Assembly: GCF_947500065.1 (NCBI RefSeq)
Contig: NZ_CANMQT010000006.1
Span: 60,215 to 124,214 of the forward strand
Source of the DNA: an uncultured Aquimarina sp.
Lineage (GTDB): Bacteria > Bacteroidota > Bacteroidia > Flavobacteriales > Flavobacteriaceae
Direction of reading: 5' to 3'
Length of the DNA: 64,000 nt
The notes under the pieces are model-generated. The model was not told where the DNA came from. It made no database searches and saw only the letters and a list, made by a program, of their open reading frames with translations. The position numbers and the translations under genes were made by a program. Of the stretch, positions 1 to 9,800 are shown piece by piece; the stretch's first letter is position 1; each line of letters opens with the position of its first letter.

Positions 1-1083
1 GATGGTACATTTACACATATCACAAACAGTGAAAATGACGATCCTACTGAGGATCCATCGGGAACAGTATTCGGAAGAGTTAATTTGATAGATGAATTAG
101 GGCCGCATAGTATAGATCCTAATGGAGCAGATATAGAAAATTACCCGTTAAATGACTATTCGACGTCTTGGTCTGTAAGTGCTCCTGGAGGTGTAGAATC
201 CCTTAATTTAACAGGAATAGGTTTTGTTGGATATTATACTGGAGGCAATCATAGATACGAACTTTTTAGGTTTGCCGAACAACCTGCAAACGAACTAATC
301 TTAAGAACTACAGATGGTAATAATGAGTTTGACTGGTGGTTTATAATAACCTCAGAAGAACCTGGTGGAACTAACGATATTGCAGAGCCACCTTTTGATA
401 CATTAGTTTGGGCAGATGAATTTGATACAAATGGAGCTCCAAACACTGCAAATTGGACGTATGATTTTGGAACTGGAGATAATGGATGGGGTAATGGAGA
501 ATCTCAATCATATACAGACAACCCTAGTAATGTAATTGTAGAAGATGGATTACTTAAAATAACAGCAATATCTGAGAATGGAGAATATACATCGGCAAGA
601 ATAAAAACTCAAGATTTGTATTCGTTTACCTATGGTAAAGTAGATGTACGCGCAAAATTACCAACAGGAGGAGGTACCTGGCCCGCAATATGGATGTTAG
701 GATCTAATATCACAGAAGTAGGTTGGCCCAATTGTGGTGAGATCGATATTATGGAGCATGTTGGGAACAATCAAGATGCGGTATCCAGTGCACTTCATTT
801 CCCTGGAAATAATGGAGGAAATGCAATTTTTGAAGAAACCAATGTCGCAGGAGCATCTACAGATTTTCATGTATATAGTGTAGAATGGTCATCAACTGAA
901 ATTATCTTTTCTATCGATGAAACTCCTTATCACACATACCCTTATTCAAATAATTTACCTTTTTATAATAATGATTTTTTCCTAATACTAAATGTAGCAA
1001 TGGGAGGAACTTTCGGAGGAGCCATAGATCCTTCATTCACAGAGTCTACTATGGAAATTGATTATGTAAGAGTTTATCAATAG
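1..1083 (+). CDS. GH16 beta-1,3-glucanase (laminarinase), 5' end lies upstream of the window
   Basis: Frame 1 is open from nt 1, with no stop before the track start at 85. The C-terminal ~240 aa carry GH16 laminarinase signatures: LVWADEFD, WPAIWMLG, catalytic ExDxxE as GEIDIMEH, and terminal IDYVRVYQ. No T9SS tail. Confidence 0.9.
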   Translation, partial: DGTFTHITNSENDDPTEDPSGTVFGRVNLIDELGPHSIDPNGADIENYPLNDYSTSWSVSAPGGVESLNLTGIGFVGYYTGGNHRYELFRFAEQPANELILRTTDGNNEFDWWFIITSEEPGGTNDIAEPPFDTLVWADEFDTNGAPNTANWTYDFGTGDNGWGNGESQSYTDNPSNVIVEDGLLKITAISENGEYTSARIKTQDLYSFTYGKVDVRAKLPTGGGTWPAIWMLGSNITEVGWPNCGEIDIMEHVGNNQDAVSSALHFPGNNGGNAIFEETNVAGASTDFHVYSVEWSSTEIIFSIDETPYHTYPYSNNLPFYNNDFFLILNVAMGGTFGGAIDPSFTESTMEIDYVRVYQ

Positions 1084-1115
1084 ATATAAACTTAGTTTTT
1101 AAATTGTTTTAAGAA

Positions 1116-1144
1116 GGAAGGCTATTTACCACATATAGCCTTCC
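1116..1144 (+). terminator. Hairpin after first GH16 gene
   Basis: Perfect 10-bp stem GGAAGGCTAT/ATAGCCTTCC with a 9-nt loop. An A-run, not a T-run, follows, so terminator function is uncertain. Confidence 0.4.
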
Positions 1145-1188
1145 TAAAAAACATACTGATTGTTAAATAAAAAGTTTTACAAATAAAA

Positions 1189-1977
1189 ATGAAAACAAAT
1201 AACATTATGTTTATTGAAGTGATCATTAAAAGCTTAAGCTGTATTATGTTTTTAATGATAATTTCATGCGAAAATGTTGATACTGTTCTTTGGGAGGAAC
1301 AATTTAATGGTGATCAATTAGATACTTCTTCTTGGAATTATGAAGTAGGTGATGGATGCCCTAACTTATGTGGTTGGGGGAATAACGAAAGACAAATTTA
1401 TACTAAGGAAAATGCAAAACTAGAAAAAGGCAATTTAATTATTACAGCAACTAAGAAAGAAGATGTATATAAGTCTAGTAAAATAACAACAAAAGGTAAA
1501 ATAGAGTTTCAATATGGAACTATAGAAGTTCGTGCTAAATTACCAACAGGTCATGGTTTGTGGCCTGCAATTTGGATGTTAGGAGCTGATATTGATGATA
1601 TCGGCTGGCCCGATTGCGGGGAAATAGATATTATGGAATATGTAGGGAAGGAACCTCATACTTTATATACATCCTTACATACTAGGCAAAGTTTTGGTAA
1701 TACTATTAACTCAAAGAAAACGTTAATTGAAACGATAGAAGAAGGTTTTCATATCTATAAGTCAATATGGACTAAAGATAAAATAGAATTTTATATAGAT
1801 AATCAGCTGGTTTATACATTTTCTCCAGAAATAAAAAATGATAAGACATGGCCTTTTGATAAGCCATTTTATATAATAGTAAACCTTGCTATTGGCGGTA
1901 ATTTTGGGGGTCCTGAAGTTGATGATACTATCTTTCCAAAGCAATTGGAGATTGATTACATCAAAGTCTGGAAATAA
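1189..1977 (+). CDS. GH16 beta-1,3-glucanase, probable lipoprotein
   Basis: The hydrophobic leader ends in MIISC, and the Cys is followed by acidic ENVD. GH16 motifs present: VLWEEQFNG, WPAIWMLG, GEIDIMEY, IDYIKVWK. The start could instead be the Met at 1207. Confidence 0.9.
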   Translation: MKTNNIMFIEVIIKSLSCIMFLMIISCENVDTVLWEEQFNGDQLDTSSWNYEVGDGCPNLCGWGNNERQIYTKENAKLEKGNLIITATKKEDVYKSSKITTKGKIEFQYGTIEVRAKLPTGHGLWPAIWMLGADIDDIGWPDCGEIDIMEYVGKEPHTLYTSLHTRQSFGNTINSKKTLIETIEEGFHIYKSIWTKDKIEFYIDNQLVYTFSPEIKNDKTWPFDKPFYIIVNLAIGGNFGGPEVDDTIFPKQLEIDYIKVWK

Positions 1978-2290
1978 TGCCATTACAAGGAATGTTAAAT
2001 ACAGCTCTACCCTTGATTTCAGCATAGTATATATCATTATATCACTGAAATCAAATTTAAGATATTGATATTTTTTAAATATCAAATACGGAAATAGATA
2101 ATTGAAGTACATAACTGTATTTCTATTTATCAGGACTACTTGGGAAAAACGTATATGATTTAGATTATTTTGTTGAAATGATCTGAATGCTAAAGAATAG
2201 TAATGTTGTATGTATTAAAAGAATACATACGGCTTGGATTACGTATATGAAATTTTGAAAACTAACTTAAACACACAAACTCTCTTAATT

Positions 2291-5200
2291 ATGAAAAAAC
2301 ACTTATTTTTTAAAGCAATAATGGTCTTAGCCATTCTGATTTCTTCTTTAGGAATCGGTTATTCCCAATGTTCGGAGCTCATATTTAATGATGAATTTTC
2401 TGGTAATTCAGTAGATCTTAATAAATGGAGTTTTGATAATGGAGATGGATGTCCTACACTTTGTGGATGGGGTAATGCCGAGGAACAATGGTACCAACCG
2501 GAGAACACCACTGTACAAAACGGAAATTTGATAATTACTACTAAAAATGAATCAGCAGGTGGTAAGCAATTTACTTCTTCAAAGTTAATTACATCAGGTA
2601 AATTTAATTCTAAATATGGAAGATATGAAGCAAGTATAAAATTACCTTCTGCAGGAGGAATTTGGCCAGCTTTCTGGATGTTACCCGAAAATGGTAATTG
2701 GCCTTTTACAGGTGAAATAGATATTATGGAATCTCAACATAAAAACCCAGAAAGTATTGGTGGTACTGTTCATTATTCTAATGGAGGCTGGCAATACAAT
2801 GGAAGAGAATTTAATGCAGGGTTAGACCTTTCTGCTGGATTTCATGAATATGCTGTTGAATGGGAACCAACAGAGATTAGATGGTATGTAGATGATCAAT
2901 TGTATCATACAGTTACTCCAGCTAATACAGTAGATCCATGGCCTTTTAGTGAAGGTGATTGGTATCTTATTTTAAATGTTGCAGTAGGAGGACCAGGAAC
3001 TCCATACACTGGTAATATCCCACCAACACCAGCTGATTATCCTACACAAATGGAAGTAGATTATGTGCGAGTGTATAGTGGTACTTTTAATACACAACTT
3101 ATTGGCGATAATAGTGTATATGAAGGTGAAACTGGTAAGCCTTATACAATTACATCAACGGAAGGAGCTTCTTATAGTTGGACAGTACCCGGCGGCGCTA
3201 GTATTATTTCTGGCCAAGGAACAAATACTATTTTAGTTGATTGGGGTATCACAGAAGGAGATGTAAAAGTTGTTGTAAATGTTCCAGAATGTGGTACAAA
3301 TGAATTTAAGATGAGTGTTTCTGTTAATCCTATTAAAACCTTAGAATATGTTTTTGAGGATTTTGAAGGAAATAGAAACTTAACATATACTTCAACTACA
3401 GATGGTGCATTAAGTGAGTCCGTTGCAAATCCCGGATCTAGTAGTGGTAACGATTCTTCAATCGTAGGAAAATATGTTAGGGCTACTGGAGCTCAATATG
3501 ATGGTCTGTATATGGCTACTTCTAATATAGGGAATGCTTTGGAGTACACTTCTGGAGAAAAATCCGTTTGGTTAGATGTATATAGCGATGCACCAATAGG
3601 AACGGAATTTATTTTGCAGATTGAGAATAGTTCACTATCCTCAGGAGATTGGCCATCAGGTCGTCATAGTAGATATAGTGCTAAAACGATTTCTCAGAAT
3701 CAATGGGAGACTTTAGAATTCGAATTATTAGACAGACCAGATGCTGGTGTTGGAGCTTTAGATGTGGATCAATTTGTGCTGTTAATTGATCCGGATAGCT
3801 TTACGGGACATACGGTATACATTGATAATATGAGGAAAATGGATGCACCTGATCCCACTTTATTAGAAGAAATTATTATAGCTGATTATGATGGAATAAA
3901 TCAATTAGAATTGTTTTTTGAAAATGGAGAGTATACTCCAAATGTTACCAATCCGACTCCAAATGATATTAACAATAGTGCTAACGTAGCTAGATATGAA
4001 AGAGGAGCTTTTGAATTATATGATGTTGTAAGTTTTAATACAGATACTATAGAAGATTCAAGTTCTTTTATAGAAGGTGACAATATCTTTTTTATGGATG
4101 TTTATACATCTGCGCCGGTAGGAACTGAAATCTCTTTGAGTTTAGAAAACCGTGAAGGATCAGATAGTGATTTTCCTGCAGGAAGAAATAGTCAGTATAC
4201 TAGTGTGGTAAAAGAACAGAATCAATGGCATACTATAGCATTTAGTTATACTACATCGCCAGATGCCGGAACATCTAACTTATCTATTAATGAGATTTCA
4301 ATTCTTTTTGACCCTAATTCTAATATATCCGAAACATATTATTTTGATAACTTGAGATACGGGATTACTAAATATCCACCGTCTTATGAATTTTCTGAAA
4401 TGATTCATAATTACAATGGAGTAAATAATCTTTCATTAAATAATACTACTACAGGTAATTATATAGAAAATGTCGGGAATCCTGGAGCAAATGAAGTAAA
4501 CAACTCATCCCAAGCTGCAAGTTATGTAAGGGATAATTCAGAACTATATGATGTTTTATTTTTTAATACCGATTTTATTAATGATGCTAGTGCTTATGTT
4601 TCTGAAGATAAAAGGTTTGCAATGGATGTATATACAAGCGCACCAGTTGGAACAGTTATTAGTTGGCAATTAGAAGCAAGTTCATTGTCTACACCTAGTA
4701 ATTACCCATCCGGTCGACATAGTGTATATCAAGCAACCGTAAAAGAACAAAATAGTTGGCATACATTAGAGTTTGTTCTTACTGGAACGCCCGATTTAAT
4801 AGTAAATGATGCTCAAATAGATACTATTGTATTTTTATTTGACCCTAATAGTAATAACGGAGACACTTTTTATATTGATAACCTAAGGTCTTTGAGTAAA
4901 GAAGATGTTACGCAAACCCCAGTGTTGTCATCGATTGCAGTTTCTTCTATTAACGCTGAAATTAATCAAGGAGAAACAATGCAGTTCAGTGCGCAAGGGT
5001 TTGATCAAAATGGAGAACCTTTTACAACTAATTTTAATTGGACAAGCACAGGAGGTTCTATTGATGCTAATGGTTTATATACGGGTTCAGAGATTGGAAA
5101 TTATACAATCACAGCAACCAGTGGTTCGGTTTCTGGTTCGGCATCCATAATAGTGAATGAAAACTCTGGATCTTATAGTATAATACCTGCAATAATACAA

Positions 5201-6661
5201 GCAGAAGAATATAAAGAAGGTGGAGAAGGAGTAGGATATCATGATACCAGTGCAGGAAATACTGGCGGTGCATATAGACAAGATGATGTAGATATTCAGA
5301 GCACTACAGGAGGTTATAATGTAGGTTGGATAGCCTCAGGAGAGTGGTTAGCGTATGATATTAATGCAACAGCATCGACAAATAGTTATGATATCAACTT
5401 CCGTGTTGCCTCCCCTAATGGCAATGGTCAATTTCATTTAGAGCTGGATGGAGTTGCCATTACGGAAGTGATATCTGTAAATAACACGAATGGCTGGCAA
5501 AATTATGAAGTTATTGAAGTGAAAGGTATATCAATTAGTAATGGGCAACATGAACTTCGTTTGGTATTTGATACAAGCGGTTTGAATGTTGATAATATCG
5601 AATTCATTTCATCGACACAATCAACCGGAATTACAATACCAGGATTGATAGAAGCCGAAGATTATAATGAAGGAGGAGAAGGAGTTGGTTACCACGATAC
5701 CAGTGTAGGAAATACAGGAGGAGCATATCGTCAGGACAATGTAGATATTGAGAGTACTGCTGGAGGATATAATATTGGTTGGATAGCTACTGGAGAATGG
5801 CTGGCATATAGTATTAATGCTACAGCATCTTCGAATAATTACGACATTAATTTTCTGGTTGCTTCTCCTAACGGAACTGGTAGTTTTCATCTAGAACTGG
5901 ATGGAGTTTCAATTACAGATGTGCTAACCGTACCTAATACGAATGGCTGGCAAAATTATCAAACTGTAGAGATAAACAACGTAGCTGTAAGTAGTGGTTC
6001 ACATGAATTGCGAGTAGTATTTGATTCTAGCGGTTTAAACCTTAATAGTTTAGAATTTACAGCTGCTATAGGATCAACAGGTGGTGGAGATAATTGTTCT
6101 GGTATTGCTGATAATAATCAGTATAGTTATGAGGTTTCATCAGACGTTACGAATCCTACTATTACATTTGTTCCCGAAATTACAGGGATGGGGAATAATG
6201 TTTGTATTTTGTATTACGGCACATCGCCGACGGGAGGTTATCCAGGATATATCGTAAATCCTAATGTACCTTTTGAAATAAATGCAAATTCAGGAGATCA
6301 GATTTATTTCTATTATACATACAGTTTACCAAACGGAGGAGAAAATAACACAGCAAGTTCGCGACATAACTTTATTGTAGGATCTTGTACAAATAGATCA
6401 GATATAGTTGATGAAAAAAATCCGGTTGAGATATCTGTTTTTCCAAACCCAATGAATAATATGATCACATTGTCCGGTATAAATAACGCATATCGGGTTA
6501 ATGTATACAGTATGAGTGGTACAACGGTATTAACAAAACCCGTAAATAAAACCCAAACTCAGCTAAATATGGATGTTAGTTCTTTGTCTAAAGGTTTTTA
6601 TATAATTAAAATCTTTAGTCAAAGTGGAGAGTCTTCAATTCATAAAATACTTAAGAATTAG
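2291..6661 (+). CDS. Multimodular T9SS-secreted GH16 laminarinase (GH16 + Ig-like + 3 CBM-like modules + Big_2 + 2 CBM6-like + 98-aa unknown module + T9SS CTD)
   Basis: ATG at 2291 (MKKHLFFKAIMVLAILISS) gives a signal peptide; the track start at 2234 is an upstream TTG. GH16 motifs: WPAFWMLP, GEIDIMES, VDYVRVY. Three ~170-aa modules each end in (Y/F)(I/F)DN(M/L)R. A Big_2-like segment reads ISSIAVSS...TITATSGSVSGSASIIV. Two CBM6-like modules read AE(E/D)YxEGGEGVGYHDTSxGNTGGAYRQD. The C-terminus VFPNPMNN...GFYIIKI looks like a Por/T9SS type-A sorting domain. Confidence 0.9.
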   Translation: MKKHLFFKAIMVLAILISSLGIGYSQCSELIFNDEFSGNSVDLNKWSFDNGDGCPTLCGWGNAEEQWYQPENTTVQNGNLIITTKNESAGGKQFTSSKLITSGKFNSKYGRYEASIKLPSAGGIWPAFWMLPENGNWPFTGEIDIMESQHKNPESIGGTVHYSNGGWQYNGREFNAGLDLSAGFHEYAVEWEPTEIRWYVDDQLYHTVTPANTVDPWPFSEGDWYLILNVAVGGPGTPYTGNIPPTPADYPTQMEVDYVRVYSGTFNTQLIGDNSVYEGETGKPYTITSTEGASYSWTVPGGASIISGQGTNTILVDWGITEGDVKVVVNVPECGTNEFKMSVSVNPIKTLEYVFEDFEGNRNLTYTSTTDGALSESVANPGSSSGNDSSIVGKYVRATGAQYDGLYMATSNIGNALEYTSGEKSVWLDVYSDAPIGTEFILQIENSSLSSGDWPSGRHSRYSAKTISQNQWETLEFELLDRPDAGVGALDVDQFVLLIDPDSFTGHTVYIDNMRKMDAPDPTLLEEIIIADYDGINQLELFFENGEYTPNVTNPTPNDINNSANVARYERGAFELYDVVSFNTDTIEDSSSFIEGDNIFFMDVYTSAPVGTEISLSLENREGSDSDFPAGRNSQYTSVVKEQNQWHTIAFSYTTSPDAGTSNLSINEISILFDPNSNISETYYFDNLRYGITKYPPSYEFSEMIHNYNGVNNLSLNNTTTGNYIENVGNPGANEVNNSSQAASYVRDNSELYDVLFFNTDFINDASAYVSEDKRFAMDVYTSAPVGTVISWQLEASSLSTPSNYPSGRHSVYQATVKEQNSWHTLEFVLTGTPDLIVNDAQIDTIVFLFDPNSNNGDTFYIDNLRSLSKEDVTQTPVLSSIAVSSINAEINQGETMQFSAQGFDQNGEPFTTNFNWTSTGGSIDANGLYTGSEIGNYTITATSGSVSGSASIIVNENSGSYSIIPAIIQAEEYKEGGEGVGYHDTSAGNTGGAYRQDDVDIQSTTGGYNVGWIASGEWLAYDINATASTNSYDINFRVASPNGNGQFHLELDGVAITEVISVNNTNGWQNYEVIEVKGISISNGQHELRLVFDTSGLNVDNIEFISSTQSTGITIPGLIEAEDYNEGGEGVGYHDTSVGNTGGAYRQDNVDIESTAGGYNIGWIATGEWLAYSINATASSNNYDINFLVASPNGTGSFHLELDGVSITDVLTVPNTNGWQNYQTVEINNVAVSSGSHELRVVFDSSGLNLNSLEFTAAIGSTGGGDNCSGIADNNQYSYEVSSDVTNPTITFVPEITGMGNNVCILYYGTSPTGGYPGYIVNPNVPFEINANSGDQIYFYYTYSLPNGGENNTASSRHNFIVGSCTNRSDIVDEKNPVEISVFPNPMNNMITLSGINNAYRVNVYSMSGTTVLTKPVNKTQTQLNMDVSSLSKGFYIIKIFSQSGESSIHKILKN
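5171..6060 (+). repeat. Tandem CBM6-like cassette duplication inside the GH16 gene
   Basis: Copy 1 spans ~5171-5617 and copy 2 ~5631-6060. Both begin (I/L)I(Q/E)AE(E/D)Y.EGGEGVGYHDTS and end LN(V/L).(N/S)(I/L)EF. Confidence 0.85.
6095..6388 (+). other. 98-aa Cys-bounded module of unknown function (copy 1)
   Basis: CSGIADNNQYSYEVSSDVTNPTITFVPE...QIYFYYTYSLPNGGENNTASSRHNFIVGSC, lying between the CBM6-like module and the T9SS CTD. Confidence 0.7.
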
Positions 6662-6674
6662 CCATTTTTATAAT

Positions 6675-6714
6675 AAGGAACAACTTCTTTCTTGAAGTTG
6701 TTCCTTATTTACTT
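6675..6714 (+). terminator. Rho-independent terminator of the multimodular GH16 gene
   Basis: Perfect 13-bp stem AAGGAACAACTTC/GAAGTTGTTCCTT with a 6-nt loop, followed by T-rich ATTTACTT. Confidence 0.8.
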
Positions 6715-6873
6715 ACCCGCGATTATCCAGACTTTTCGCATTATTTTTTATAGAAGCATTCTGATGTAGCAAGTTCGATCAATGCTTTTACTATGAAGTG
6801 TTTAGATGTTACCTTTTTACACGATAACTTTTATAAGTGAATTATAATACATGTTCACATAAATATCTTACTC

Positions 6874-9800
6874 ATGAAAAAACCAAAAATATTTAAAAAA
6901 GCAGTAGTCGTTGTACTACTATTTTTAATTCCGGGTATTCATACTTGGTCACAGAATGTAATTCCTGTAGGTAGTGGATCCTATGCAGAATATCCGCCAT
7001 CACATGAATATATAGGTAATGATCCAACCCAGCCTATGTTCCAAACCATTGCCTTAAACCCTATGTTGGATATTGGCCCTAATATGATAGGGAAACCGGT
7101 TCCTACTAATGATTGGTGGACAAGCGTTTTGTATAATGAAAACCAAGATGGTTCTAGAAATGGAGGAAACTTATGGACGTACCCTTTATTGTCTCGGGCC
7201 AATAGCGAAGGTTATCAGATTGGACATAGAACCGCAAAAGATTGGGGAGGCGATGAAAGTATAGGAATTAGTGTAGATTATTTAGTAACATTGACTGGTG
7301 ATAATTTTACAGCGAATAAAACTATCGCAACAAATTGGTCAGATTGGCACGTAGATTTAGAAGTACAACAAAGCAGTAACAGCAATCAAACCATTGATGT
7401 CACTTTAGCACAGGGAATGCCTTTTGTATGGACAAAACCAAACGGTTTTAATGCTATTATTCAATCTATTCACACAGGAGTCAGGACTTATTATGATGCA
7501 AATGGAAATGAGCTTAGTTTTCCAGCTACTGTGGATCGATTTATTATAGAATACGATGGAAATTTATATGGTGTTCATCTTACAGAGAACGCCAATATTA
7601 CTCCAAGAAATGGAATAGATGGAAATCTAGAAATAGCAAATAGCGATGGTAAATACGTCGTGTTTTCAGCATTGACAGAGATATCAGATCTTAATTTCTT
7701 ACATGACTATGCTTTTGCAAAACCAACAGATACTAAAGCTAATTATGATTATCAGCCAGAGAATGGTTTGGTGAATGTTACGTATCAAGTAGAAAAGATG
7801 AATATTATTGGAAATCAAGCCAATGTGTTACAAGGATTCATCCCTCATCATTATAGAGGAAATACCAATACGTTTTCTTTTCTTAGTGGAAGAGAATATC
7901 GTGCAACACCAAGAGGAACGGTAAAACTTGCTGCAGGAACCAGTTTTTCCTTTAATTATGAATTCAACGCTGATCTTTTACCTCATTTTAATGAACCAGT
8001 TACAGTTGGTTCTGATACCAATTCTTATGAGAAAGCAAAGTTGGTGGAGATGATTGATAGTTATAGTGAAAAACTGAATCGTGATAATTTTGCTAATGGT
8101 ACTTATTGGGGAGGAAAAGCGCTAGTTCAATTAATTAAATATATACTTATTGCTAAAGAAATAAATCATCCTGACTTTGCTGATTTATTGAGTTTTGCAA
8201 AAGAAAAAACCTATGATTGGTTAACGTATACACCTGGTGAAACTTCTTTTTATTATGCGTATTATCCGGCTTGGAAAGCACTAGTAGGATTTAATGAAGA
8301 ATACTATTCTGGATTTTTTACAGATCATCATTTTCATTATGGATATTTAGCTCATGCAGGAGCTTTATTGGAAATAGCGGAGCCAGGATCTATGGATAAT
8401 TATTGGCCAATGCTTACTAAGGTTATAAAGACATATGCTAATTGGGATCGAAACGATACAGAATTTCCTTATATGAGAACATTTAGTCCTTGGATGGGAC
8501 ATTCTTTCGCTAATGGATTAGGGAACGCAATAGGAAATAATCAAGAATCTACTTCAGAAGCGATGCAATCTTGGGCAGGAATGTTCATGACAGGTGAAAT
8601 AACTGAAAATACTGCTATGAGAGATGCCGCTGCTTACGGTTATGTAATGGAGGGAAGAGCTATAGCGGATTATTGGTATAATGAAAGTGGTGTATTTGAA
8701 GAAATAGGATATGACCAGCCTATTGTCGGGATTTTAGAAATGAATCGATATGTATATGGAACTTTTTTTGGAGCGCAAGACACCTATATTCATGGAATAC
8801 AATGGTTACCGATTTCACCAGCTTATGGATTCTGGAATGACTTCCTTACACCAAATGAAGCCAATGCAATCGTAGATCCAATTATAAATAACATGGCCAC
8901 TGATCTGGGAAATTTAAGTGGTGATTGGATGAATGTTTCCTGGGGATTCAAATTGTTTTTTGATCCAGAAGGTGTGACTAGTAATTTTGATCAATTTTGG
9001 AATAGTCCAGTTGGTTCTCAGGAATATAACGTAGCTCATAATTCTAATGAGAGTGCATTAACATATTACTATGCACATAATTCTCAAAACCTTGGACTCA
9101 GACAGTCTAATTACCGATTAAGTTTACCAATGAGTAGCGCTTTTCTGAAAAACGGAAAAGTAATGTATGTAGTTTATAATCCAAAAGATACTGAGCAAAT
9201 CTGTAAAGTTTATAGAGATGGAAATGAGGTAGATTCATTTATTGTACCAGCGAATACTTTGATTACTACCGATGGAAATGGAATCATTATTAATCCTCCT
9301 ACTAATAGTAGTAATATACCAGGTTTAATTGAAGCTGAAGATTATAATGAAGGAGGTGAAGGTGTAGGGTATCACGATACAAGTATAGGAAATATAGGTG
9401 GAGCATACAGACAAGATAATGTGGATATTCAGGGTACTGGAGATACCGTAGGAGGAGATTATAATATAGGATGGATTAGCGCTGGAGAATGGTTAGCATA
9501 TGATATTAATGCTACTGCATCTTCTAATACCTATGATATTGATTTTAGAGTAGCGTCACCAAACGGTAATGGTAAATTTCATATAGAAGTAGATGGAGTT
9601 TCCGTAACTGATATAGTATCCGTTCCTAATACAAACGGATGGCAGAATTATGAAACTATAACAGTAAGTAACATTGCTATTAGTGAAGGTTTGCATGAGG
9701 TAAGGATGGTATTTGATTCTAATGGTTTAAATCTAAATTTTGTAGATTTCAAAGCTGCTGCAGATACAACCGGAGGTGGAACAACCTGCTCAGGAACGGC

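Noticed and set aside
2234-2290. Upstream alternative starts given by the ORF track (2234, 15363, 15810, 23072, 37218, 40528, 62166).
   Set aside because: Each extension uses TTG/GTG or translates T-rich intergenic DNA, or it overlaps the preceding gene. An internal ATG yields a canonical signal peptide or tight gene spacing, so the shorter models were used.
1978-2290. A series of AT-rich hairpins, for example TTGATATTT/AAATATCAA near 2066-2086 and GTATGTATT/AATACATAC near 2208-2230, considered as a possible ncRNA or riboswitch.
   Set aside because: The stems are short, made almost only of A/T, and show no recognisable conserved motif. They are most simply terminator or promoter-region secondary structure.
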